A stretch of DNA of 54,252 nucleotides. Origin: Myxococcales bacterium. Lineage in GTDB: Bacteria; Desulfobacterota; Binatia; HRBIN30. Within the stretch, counting starts at the first letter, position 1; every line of letters starts with the position of its first letter. The stretch covers positions 1 to 54,252 of the forward strand of contig JBBILD010000025.1 of NCBI GenBank assembly GCA_037445065.1, given 5' to 3'. The position numbers and the translations under genes were made by a program. The notes under the pieces are model-generated. The model was given only the letters and a program-made list of their open reading frames with translations, was not told the origin of the DNA and did not search any database. Positions 17,812-26,559 of this stretch are shown here, piece by piece.

Positions 17812-18882
17812 ATGGGCCGCTTCGGTTATCACGTAATTGACGCAGATGGACACGGTGGCGACCTGCCGCAATGGTGGGAGCGACTTCCCGAACGCTTCCG
17901 CGCGCAGTGGGAGGAACGGCGAGAACGATTGCGCCGCCACTTCGCGAATTTGCCCGGGGTGGGGGTACGCCACACGCGCGGCACAGCCAAAATAGACAGC
18001 CTCGAGCGCGCGGGCATGACCGATCCGAAGGCTCGCTTGGAAGACATGGACCTCGAAGGGATTGACCGCACGGTGATGTTTCCAGGGGGCGCAGGAGAGG
18101 AATGGGCGGGGCTCGACCGCGAGTTTGCAATTGCCCTCTGCCGCACCCTCAATGATGCACGCGCCGAGTTTCTGAAATACGACCCGTACCGGCTCATGTC
18201 CGTGGCCAAACTCCCCATGATCGACCCCGCCGCCGCGGCCGAGGAGCTGCGCCGTTGCGTCACCCAGCACGGTATGGTGGGGATGGTGACTCCTCAACAC
18301 ATCCGTGACAAAAACCTCGACGACCCGAGTTTCGACGTGGTTTGGGCAGAAGCCGAGCGCCTCGGGGTGGCGGTGTGCGTGCACGGTGGCGGCCAAGCGC
18401 TCGACCAGGTACCCATCGGCGTGGACCGTTTTAAGACCCGCCTAGAGACGCACGCCTTTACTCACCCAGTCGGCCAGATGCTGGCGGTGATGAACTTCAC
18501 CGTGGGGGGCATCCTGCACAAGTTCCCGAAACTGCGCGTTGCCTTTCTGGAAGCAAACGTAGGCTGGCTGCCGTTCTGGCTCGAGCGGTTGGACGAACAC
18601 TGGGAGTTGACCCCCGAGCAAGCCCCGAACATTGATCGCAAGCCGAGCGAGTACTTCCTCTCGGGCCGCTGTTTCATTGGCTGTGATCCAGACGAGTCCA
18701 CGATTCCGGCAGTGATCCATGCCTTAGGTGAGGACGTGATCGTGTACGCCTCCGACTACTGCCACTGGGACTGTCGTTTTCCTGACACGGTGAAAATCCT
18801 CGCTGAGCGCAATGACCTGTCGCGTTCGGCCAAGGAGAAAATCCTATCGAAGAACCCGGCCCGGCTCTACAACTTGAACTGA
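17812..18882 (+). CDS. Amidohydrolase_2 family metal-dependent hydrolase/decarboxylase
   Basis: IDADGH, RLEDMDLEGID, VCVH, FPKLRVAFLE..GWLP, ASDYCHWD; AAGGAGG RBS before ATG 17812. Confidence 0.9.
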   Translation: MGRFGYHVIDADGHGGDLPQWWERLPERFRAQWEERRERLRRHFANLPGVGVRHTRGTAKIDSLERAGMTDPKARLEDMDLEGIDRTVMFPGGAGEEWAGLDREFAIALCRTLNDARAEFLKYDPYRLMSVAKLPMIDPAAAAEELRRCVTQHGMVGMVTPQHIRDKNLDDPSFDVVWAEAERLGVAVCVHGGGQALDQVPIGVDRFKTRLETHAFTHPVGQMLAVMNFTVGGILHKFPKLRVAFLEANVGWLPFWLERLDEHWELTPEQAPNIDRKPSEYFLSGRCFIGCDPDESTIPAVIHALGEDVIVYASDYCHWDCRFPDTVKILAERNDLSRSAKEKILSKNPARLYNLN

Positions 18883-18920
18883 CCGACGCAGACTGCCAAG
18901 CAACCGCGCGCAGTGCCCCG

Positions 18921-19568
18921 ATGCCCGAGCCGCGCTTCGATTGGAAAGAGCTTCTCGAACCACGCCAAGCGGCCTTATTGATCATGGAGTGCCAAAAGGG
19001 GGTGGTGCTGCCGTCCGGCCGCTTCGATCAACTGGCGCAAGTGGTGGCCGCTCACGGAACTATTGGCCAGATCGCCCGCCTGAGCCAAGCTGCGCGAGCG
19101 GCTGGCGTTCCGGTCGTGTACCTGACCGCCTCGCGCCGCGCCGATGGCCGCGGGAGCAGCACGAACTGCCCCTTGCTGGCAGGCCGGTGGGAGAACGCGC
19201 CGCTGGTTCCGGGAAGCGAACGGCACTCCATCGTCGAGGAGCTTCGGCCGCACCCGGAGGACTTCGTGATTGACCGTATGCACGGTGTTTCCCCCTTCCA
19301 CGGAACAGAACTCGACGCGCTCCTACGCAATTTGGGAGTTTGCACCGTGGTCGCCACCGGGGTGTCCGTGAACGTGGGAATTCTCGGCCTCGCGATCGAA
19401 GCAGTGAACGCCGGGTATCGTGTCGTCATTCCGCGCCAAGCAGTGGCAGGTGTGCCGCCCCAGTACGCCGAGGATGTACTCCGATACACGCTGCGCTTGC
19501 TCGCGGCGATCAGCAGTGTGGACGAGGTGGCCGCCGCCTGGCAAGGCGCTCGCGGACGACCAACATGA
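18921..19568 (+). CDS. Isochorismatase/cysteine hydrolase family protein (atypical active site)
   Basis: ALLIMECQ, IVEELRP, SPFHGTELDALLRNLGV.TVVATGVS, AVNAGYRVVIP. Confidence 0.85.
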   Translation: MPEPRFDWKELLEPRQAALLIMECQKGVVLPSGRFDQLAQVVAAHGTIGQIARLSQAARAAGVPVVYLTASRRADGRGSSTNCPLLAGRWENAPLVPGSERHSIVEELRPHPEDFVIDRMHGVSPFHGTELDALLRNLGVCTVVATGVSVNVGILGLAIEAVNAGYRVVIPRQAVAGVPPQYAEDVLRYTLRLLAAISSVDEVAAAWQGARGRPT

Positions 19569-20323
19569 AACGCTTTGTCGATCGTACGGTTTTGGTCACT
19601 GGTGCCGCCTCGGGCATCGGGAGAGGAATTGCCGAGCGCTTCCTTGCCGAGGGAGCACGGGTTGCTGCGTTCGATGTTCAAGGGGATGCCTTGGAGCGGC
19701 TGACGGCGGACCTTGCCGTGGACCGCGCGCAGTTGCTGGCGGTTCCGTGTGACGTCACGGAAGCCACTGCAGTGCGCGATGCGGTGGCAGAAGTGGCCCG
19801 CTGGACCGGCGGGATTGATGTGCTCGTCAATGCCGCTGGGATTGGTCGCGCCCGCCGTTTCGAGGAACTCGAGGAAGAGGAATGGGAGCGCACGCTACGC
19901 GTGAATCTATTCGGGCCGTTCTTCGTGACCAAGTACACCCTCCCCCATTTGCTCGGCCGGGCCGGTGCCAACATCGTCAATATCGCTTCGATCGCAGCGC
20001 TGCGCGGCCAGGCCTACAACTCTGCGTACTGTGCCTCGAAAGCAGGCTTGCTGAATTTTACTCGTTCGCTGGCTCTGGAATTCGCCACCCGCGGGCTGCG
20101 CGCCAACTGCGTTTGCCCGGGCGGTGTGAAAACCCCGCTTGTGCAAAACTTCGTTCCCGATGGTTCCATGGAGTCCCACCTGATCGCGTATGCAATGCCG
20201 CCGATTCCCGGAAAATGGGGCAAGCCAGCGGACATTGCCGCTGCAGTGGCGTTTTTAGCTTCCGAGGAAGCGCGCATGATCAACGGAGCGGCCTTGGTCG
20301 TGGATTTTGGCGTGCTCGCCTGA
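19565..20323 (+). CDS. SDR family NAD(P)-dependent oxidoreductase
   Basis: TGAASGIG, VNAAG, YCASK, NCVCPG; ATGA overlap with the upstream gene. Confidence 0.93.
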   Translation: MKRFVDRTVLVTGAASGIGRGIAERFLAEGARVAAFDVQGDALERLTADLAVDRAQLLAVPCDVTEATAVRDAVAEVARWTGGIDVLVNAAGIGRARRFEELEEEEWERTLRVNLFGPFFVTKYTLPHLLGRAGANIVNIASIAALRGQAYNSAYCASKAGLLNFTRSLALEFATRGLRANCVCPGGVKTPLVQNFVPDGSMESHLIAYAMPPIPGKWGKPADIAAAVAFLASEEARMINGAALVVDFGVLA

Positions 20324-20335
20324 CGGACGGGTCTC

Positions 20336-21847
20336 ATGGAACTGCTTACCGAAGTGCTGGCGCGCCACGCGCACGAAACCCCTGAGAAGGTGTACCTGCT
20401 GCACGAAGGACAGCGGGTTTCTTACCGCGAGGTGGAGGAGCGGACGAACCAAGTAGCGCACGTGTTTTTGCAACTCGGCCTCGGAAGAGGAGACCGCGTC
20501 ACTTTAGCCATGGGCAACTCGCTCGCGTACGTGCTTGCCGCGTTCGGGACGCTGAAGGCCGGCGGCGTACTGCACCCACTGAATCCGAGCCTAGGACGCA
20601 GCGAACTCGAGTACTTACTGCGTCACGCAGAACCGCGGCTGGTTGTGGTGGATCCGCAAAGTGCAGCGGGCGTCGTCGAGTTGGCCAGGAGGGTGGCGCC
20701 GCAAGCTGTCGTGGCAAGTTTCGTCACTGCGGATGGCTTGGTGGGTCTCAGCTCCCTTCTCGCCGCTGCACCCACCGATCCAGTGCCTGTGCGCCTCGGC
20801 CCCGACGATGCGTCCACTCTCCTTTACACTTCTGGTACCACCGGAGCCCCGAAGGGCGTGCTGTTCCGGCACCGCAGTACCGGCGCCGCAGGGAAACATT
20901 TCCTCGAAGCCTTGGGAATCGGCCGCGATGATGTGCTGTTGGCAGTGACGCCTTTGTTCCACGGAAACGCGTGGGGTGGCTTGGTGACCGCGTTACAAGC
21001 GGGTGCGAGCTTTGCGTTCCCGCGTCAGTTTTCCGCATCGCAGTTCTGGAACTTGGTGGGCGAAGTCGGTGCCACGGTGCTCTATACCCTGGGCACGATC
21101 CTCGCGATTTTGCTTCAGCAACCCCCTTCCCCAGCAGAGCGCAAGCACAAGCTACGCGTGATTCTCGGCTTGGGCAGCGCGCCCATTCGCACGCAAATTA
21201 TCGAGCGCTTCGGAGTTGCGCACGTGGTCGAATGCTTTGGCTCGACCGACGCCGGAGTGGTCACGATCGAGCCGCTTGGGGCCTCACCCCGGGCGGGCTC
21301 CTGCGGCCCTCCTGTGCCCGGAGTGCAAGTGCGCATCGTGGACGACCTCGGGCAAGACCTGCCACCCGGCCAAGTGGGGGAAATCGCGGTGCGTTCCGCC
21401 CACTGCCTCTCCGAGTACTTCCGCGACCCGGAGCAGACGCGCCAGGCGCTGCGTGACGGTTGGTTTTTCACAGGCGACCTCGGGTACGTGGATGCCGACG
21501 GCTGGCTCTACTTTGTGGATCGCAAGCGGGACGTGATTCGACGGGGGGGCGAGAACGTTTCTTCCCTGTTCGTCGAGAAAGTCTTGCGCGAACACCCCGC
21601 CGTGGCAGAGGTCGCTGTAGTTGGAGTACCGCACCCGGTGCTTGGGCAGGAAATCAAGGCCTTTGTCGTCGCCCGGAGCCCGGTGACTGCCGAAGAATTG
21701 GAGCGCTTTGCAGCCGAACGTCTGGCCAAGTTCCAGGTTCCGCGTCTGTGGGAGTTCCGCGAGTCGCTACCCAAAACCCCGACCCAGAGGGTCGAAAAGT
21801 ACAAGTTGCGGCAGGAGGCTGGATCCTCTGGGCCGTTACTCGGTTGA
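20336..21847 (+). CDS. Acyl-CoA ligase (CaiC/FadD17-like)
   Basis: YTSGTTGAPKG, PLFHGNA, FSASQFW, GWFFTGDLG, DRKRDVIRRGGENVS, PKTPTQRVEK. Confidence 0.92.
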   Translation: MELLTEVLARHAHETPEKVYLLHEGQRVSYREVEERTNQVAHVFLQLGLGRGDRVTLAMGNSLAYVLAAFGTLKAGGVLHPLNPSLGRSELEYLLRHAEPRLVVVDPQSAAGVVELARRVAPQAVVASFVTADGLVGLSSLLAAAPTDPVPVRLGPDDASTLLYTSGTTGAPKGVLFRHRSTGAAGKHFLEALGIGRDDVLLAVTPLFHGNAWGGLVTALQAGASFAFPRQFSASQFWNLVGEVGATVLYTLGTILAILLQQPPSPAERKHKLRVILGLGSAPIRTQIIERFGVAHVVECFGSTDAGVVTIEPLGASPRAGSCGPPVPGVQVRIVDDLGQDLPPGQVGEIAVRSAHCLSEYFRDPEQTRQALRDGWFFTGDLGYVDADGWLYFVDRKRDVIRRGGENVSSLFVEKVLREHPAVAEVAVVGVPHPVLGQEIKAFVVARSPVTAEELERFAAERLAKFQVPRLWEFRESLPKTPTQRVEKYKLRQEAGSSGPLLG

Positions 21848-21896
21848 TTACCCTGCTTGCATTGGTGCTGGCGGCTGGGCCAGAAGAGCGATTGCC

Positions 21897-23555
21897 ATGA
21901 GCTTCACCCTACCGTCAATTCATGACGCACTAGTCGAGCGCTTTCCGGAGCGAGAAGCCATTGTTACCCCGGGCCGCCGTTTGACGTGGGCAAGCTTTGT
22001 GGATCGGACCCGGCGGCTGGCCAGAGTGTTGAATGAGGCCGGCCTCGGCTGTCACCAAGAACGAGCGGTACTGTCACCGTGGGAGTCGGGGCAAGATCAC
22101 CTAGGGATCTACCTGTACAACTGCCCTGAATATTTGGAGGCGATGGCGGCTGCTTTTCGCGCTCGCGTCGCACCCTTCAACGTCAACTACCGGTATGTTG
22201 AAGATGAACTGTTGTACTTGCTCCGCGACGCGAAAACGCGTGCACTCGTTTACCACGCCAGCTTTGCACCGCGCTTAGCCCGCCTGCTTCCGCAGCTCGA
22301 AGGAGTACGACTTTTGCTTCAAGTCGCGGACGAGAGTGGCGAGCCCTTACTGCCAGGGGCGCAGGATTACGAACAGGCTCTTGCTAAAGTGGCGCCCGAC
22401 CCGCTTCCGCTCACTCCCAGTCCGGATGACCTCTACATTGTCTACACCGGTGGTACTACCGGGCGCCCCAAAGGAGTGCTGTGGCGGCAAGAAGATATTT
22501 TCTTTGCTGCCCTGGGCGGACGGATGCCCGGCGGCGAAGCAGTCAGCAGCATTGAGGAATTGGTCGAGCGCGCACAGTACGGAGAGTTTTTGCGCATCCT
22601 TCCGGCGCCGCCCTTCATGCATGGTGCCGGTCATTGGACTGCCTTCATGATGCTTCACCAGGGAGGCACGGTCGTGCTGCCTGCACAGGTCCGCCACCTC
22701 GACCCGGATGACATTTGGCGCACGATCGAGCGCGAGCGCGTGACGTCGCTTTCGATCGTCGGAGACGCGTTTGCTCGGCCGCTGCTCGACCAACTCGAGA
22801 AGGGCACTTACGACTTGTCCAGCTTGCGCGTGCTTGGTTCGGGAGGAGCGCTGCTCTCTCCTGCCATCAAACGAGCCTTCCTCGAGCGCTTGCCCGGGAT
22901 GATGGTAGTGGATGGCTTCGGCTCCTCGGAGACCGGAGCGCAAGGCGCGGCGCCGGCAGCCAGCCCAGACGATGTGACCCCAACGTTTCGGATGGACCCG
23001 GACACCGTGATCCTCGACGAGTCGTGTACGCGCCTGCTCGATCCCAGCGAGGACGCAGTCGGATGGCTCGCACGGCGCGGCTTCGTCCCGCTGGGATATT
23101 TGGGTGATCGGGAAAAAACCGAGCGTACCTTCCCAGTCGTGAACGGGGTCCGCTACGCGGTTCCCGGCGATCGCGCCCGTTACGGTCCGGGTGGCTCCGT
23201 TGTGGTCCTCGGACGCGATTCGGTATGCATCAACACCGGAGGCGAAAAGGTCTTCGCTGAGGAGGTGGAAGAAGTACTCAAGCGCCATCCAGCGGTCTAC
23301 GACGTGCTGGTGACTGGCACACCCAGCGAACGGTGGGGCCAGCAAGTCACCGCCGTCGTTGCCCTACGTCCTGGCCACTCTGCCACCGCCGAGGACCTCC
23401 GTGCCTTCGCCTCCCAGCACCTCGCTCGCTACAAGCTGCCGCGCGCTGTCGTCTTTGTGGAGCGTGTCGAGCGGAGCCCGACGGGCAAACCGGACTACCG
23501 CTGGGCAAGAGAAGTCGCGCTCGAACTTCTCCGCCAGGAGAGCGCCGGATCCTGA
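21897..23555 (+). CDS. Acyl-CoA synthetase, second FadD19-like paralog
   Basis: GLGCHQER..PWESGQDH, NVNYRYVEDEL, YTGGTTGRPKGVLWRQED, INTGGEKVFAEEVE. Probable start is ATG 21897. Confidence 0.9.
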   Translation: MSFTLPSIHDALVERFPEREAIVTPGRRLTWASFVDRTRRLARVLNEAGLGCHQERAVLSPWESGQDHLGIYLYNCPEYLEAMAAAFRARVAPFNVNYRYVEDELLYLLRDAKTRALVYHASFAPRLARLLPQLEGVRLLLQVADESGEPLLPGAQDYEQALAKVAPDPLPLTPSPDDLYIVYTGGTTGRPKGVLWRQEDIFFAALGGRMPGGEAVSSIEELVERAQYGEFLRILPAPPFMHGAGHWTAFMMLHQGGTVVLPAQVRHLDPDDIWRTIERERVTSLSIVGDAFARPLLDQLEKGTYDLSSLRVLGSGGALLSPAIKRAFLERLPGMMVVDGFGSSETGAQGAAPAASPDDVTPTFRMDPDTVILDESCTRLLDPSEDAVGWLARRGFVPLGYLGDREKTERTFPVVNGVRYAVPGDRARYGPGGSVVVLGRDSVCINTGGEKVFAEEVEEVLKRHPAVYDVLVTGTPSERWGQQVTAVVALRPGHSATAEDLRAFASQHLARYKLPRAVVFVERVERSPTGKPDYRWAREVALELLRQESAGS

Positions 23556-23891
23556 CTGCTTGAGGCCAGATTGCCGAGCTGCAGCGCCCAGCAGAGGCCA
23601 CGACTCGGGGCATGCTTCTTCGGTACCGTCGGGTGCTTTCTGCCCGCCTGGTACAGGTCGTGAGTTCCAGAACATGCAAGCATGAGATCGGCACGTTTTG
23701 CCGAGAGTCCGCAAAGCGGAGCTTGCGGCAAAACACGCTGCCGGAGCCGAGCACTGATGTTGGCGCATTGCGGAAGTCGGATCGCACAGCTTAAAAAGTG
23801 TACCATGCTGTTTGTTTCACCGAGAGGGGAGCGAGCAAATCGCAGTTTTGTCCGCTGTCACCCCTCCGCGAGCCAAGAAAGGACGAGACGC

Positions 23892-24590
23892 ATGCAAGCA
23901 TCCGTTAAGAAGCTGATGGTAGGAGCTGTTCTGGTGAGCATGACCGGTTGCGCAGCGTACGAGGCAGCCCCGCGGACGGTAAAGGGAGCCGGCGTTGGCG
24001 CCGCTGCCGGTGCCGCAACCGGTGCAGCGATCGGCGCCATCGTTGGCGGTGGAGAAGGGGCTGGTAAGGGCGCCGCGATCGGCGCGGTGGTGGGCCTGAT
24101 CGGCGGCGGCTTGATTGGGAATTACCTCGACCAGCAGGCGAAGGAGATGCAAGCCATTTTGGCAGAGCAGGACCGCTTGCGCCGCGCGCAAGATCGCCTC
24201 GAGTTAGCCCTCTCCAGCGATATCTTGTTCGCCTCGGGCAGTGCCTCGCTGCAGCCAGGTGCGCGCGATAAAATCCGCCAGCTCGCGAGCGTGTTGAACC
24301 GCTACCCGCGCACGACCGTACAGGTGATCGGACACACCGACAGCCGTGGCAGTGAAGAGTCGAATCTCGAACTCTCCCGCCGCCGAGCACAGTCGGTAGC
24401 CGAAGAGTTGGTGTCGGCTGGCGTGTCGCCCTCGCGCATCACAACCTTTGGGCGGGGAGAATCGAGTCCGATTGCTAGCAACGACACCCCCGAGGGACGA
24501 GCGCAAAACCGGCGGGTGGAAATCATCGTGGAGCCCGACGAGGGTTTGCGCCGCGAGCAGGGTTCGTCGGGCACCGAAGAGCCCCGCTGA
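23892..24590 (+). CDS. OmpA-family lipoprotein with glycine zipper (YiaD-like)
   Basis: Lipobox-like SMTGC, GAAIGA glycine zipper, GHTDSRG, LSRRRA, GRAQNRRVEI. Confidence 0.92.
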   Translation: MQASVKKLMVGAVLVSMTGCAAYEAAPRTVKGAGVGAAAGAATGAAIGAIVGGGEGAGKGAAIGAVVGLIGGGLIGNYLDQQAKEMQAILAEQDRLRRAQDRLELALSSDILFASGSASLQPGARDKIRQLASVLNRYPRTTVQVIGHTDSRGSEESNLELSRRRAQSVAEELVSAGVSPSRITTFGRGESSPIASNDTPEGRAQNRRVEIIVEPDEGLRREQGSSGTEEPR

Positions 24591-24610
24591 GGCAGGTTCG
24601 CTTCTGAGCC

Positions 24611-26158
24611 ATGCTGCGACTGGGGACGCTTTCAGACCTCCCGGCGGCGTGGGCTCGCTTGTGGCCCGAATCTCTTGCTTGCGCCGACCTTGCCTGCCAG
24701 CGCTCCTTCGCGCAGTTGGAGCGCGCATCGAGACGTTGGGCAAACGCGCTCCTTCGCGCGGGCTTGGGTCCCGGCACGCGCGTGAGCCTATGGGCGGGAA
24801 ACAGCCCGCGCTGGCTCGAGCGCGCCTTCGGCGTCTGGCGCGCGGGGGCCACGCTCGTTCCCCTCTCGACCTTCGCCACCGCGCGTGAACTCGAGGAAAT
24901 TCTGCAAAGTGCACAGCCGCAAGCTTTGTTACTCGACGCCTCCGTCGGCCGCCACGACTTGCTGACAGTATGGGAACAGACCCGGCCACATGCTTCGCTC
25001 GCGCACGTAGTCATCCATGACGGAGGTAACGGGCGCCCCCGGGCTCGCGGGTGGCAGGAACGAGACTTCTTGAACACTGGTTCTTCTTTCGAGCTGCCAC
25101 TCCCGGCGCCGCGGAGCGAGGCAGAGGCGCTTCTGCTGTACACTTCGGGAACCACCGGCAAGCCCAAAGGCGTGCGGCTCTCGCATGGCGCGGTTTTGGC
25201 GACCATTGCGCCCACGGTCGAACGTGGCGGGCTGGTTCCGGGTGACCGCTTATACTCCTCGCTGCCGTTGTTCTGGGTGGCAGGCCTGGTCATCCGCGCC
25301 CTACCGACGTTGGCTAGCGGCGCTGCCTTGCTGCTGTCGCCGACCTTTTGCTCAGCTGAGTGCTGGGAAATGTTGCGCCGTTTTCGTGCCAACGGCTTAC
25401 ATTTGCGACCGCCGCAAGTGGCCGCCTTGCTCGCGGATTCTCGGTTCGACCCTGCCCTGTTGCGCCGGGTAACGAAAGGTGGCGGGCGCAGTGCGTGGTA
25501 CGGTGACCACCTGCGGGAAGCGCGCTTGATCACCGGCTACGGGATGACCGAAATGTCCGGCTACGTGACCTGCACCGACCACCGCGACCCGGAGCACATC
25601 CGGGAGGAGTCCATCGGCACCCCTCTTCCTAGCGTCGAGATCCGCATCGTGGATGCAAACGGAAAGGATCTCCCCAGTGCGCAGGTAGGAGAGATCCGCG
25701 TGCGCGGCCCCGGGTTATTCTTGGGTTACGAGGGCATGCCCGCAGGGGCCGGGCTCGATGAGCGCGGTTTCTTTTGCACCGGAGACTTGGGCTTTTGGGA
25801 CCCGGCGGGACGGTTGCGGTTCACTGGTCGCAGCAAGGACCTGCTACGAGTAAAAGGTGTCAATGTTTCGCCGTTGGAAGTGGAGGAGGTCCTTGCTCGG
25901 CACCCGAGTGTGGATCTGGCGTATGTGGTCGGCCTGCCCGTAGACGCACTCGATCAAGAGCTGGTTGCGGTGGTCGTGCCGCGCGCTGGAAGTACTAACG
26001 AAGACAGCTGGCGTGCTTGGTGTGAGCACGAACTGTCCGTCTACAAGCGCCCCGCTCGGTACGTGGTGGTTGCCAGGGAGGAACTCCCCTTTGGCCCCAC
26101 TGCGAAACCGCAGCGCGCCGAAATCGCCCGACTCGCACAACAAAAGCTCGCATCCTGA
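24611..26158 (+). CDS. Class I adenylate-forming enzyme (acyl-CoA ligase)
   Basis: YTSGTTGKPKG, GYGMTE, TGDLG, GRSKDLLRVKGVNVSPLEVE. Confidence 0.9.
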   Translation: MLRLGTLSDLPAAWARLWPESLACADLACQRSFAQLERASRRWANALLRAGLGPGTRVSLWAGNSPRWLERAFGVWRAGATLVPLSTFATARELEEILQSAQPQALLLDASVGRHDLLTVWEQTRPHASLAHVVIHDGGNGRPRARGWQERDFLNTGSSFELPLPAPRSEAEALLLYTSGTTGKPKGVRLSHGAVLATIAPTVERGGLVPGDRLYSSLPLFWVAGLVIRALPTLASGAALLLSPTFCSAECWEMLRRFRANGLHLRPPQVAALLADSRFDPALLRRVTKGGGRSAWYGDHLREARLITGYGMTEMSGYVTCTDHRDPEHIREESIGTPLPSVEIRIVDANGKDLPSAQVGEIRVRGPGLFLGYEGMPAGAGLDERGFFCTGDLGFWDPAGRLRFTGRSKDLLRVKGVNVSPLEVEEVLARHPSVDLAYVVGLPVDALDQELVAVVVPRAGSTNEDSWRAWCEHELSVYKRPARYVVVAREELPFGPTAKPQRAEIARLAQQKLAS

Positions 26159-26559
26159 GCCACCACCACTGAAGCAGGCGCTGCGGCTCTTGGCCCGCCC
26201 CTTTTGCGCACCGACAGCCCTGCCTGTGGCGAGAACGTGCAGCCTGCTCGGGCTTAGAGACCGCGCCGTTGCGGGATCCGGTTCGCAATAGACAAAAGCG
26301 TTTGTTGTCATGCCTCCACCGTAGAGTTGCCAAGGCGGAACGCTCCCAGGTGCTTTCGCACCGAAGCCAACCGGCACCCGTGGGGAGTCATCGTGGCCCC
26401 GTGGAGTCTCACGCGAGGGGTGGTGCTTGCCCTTCTACGAGGTGCATCTCCCCGAACCCGCAAGCGCAGGTCACCGTCACCTAACCCGTTGTCGCTTCAA
26501 AAGCGACGCCACTTGGTGTAAGCGGCTCGGCGGAACCTTTGAACCGCGGAGTGAAAACG

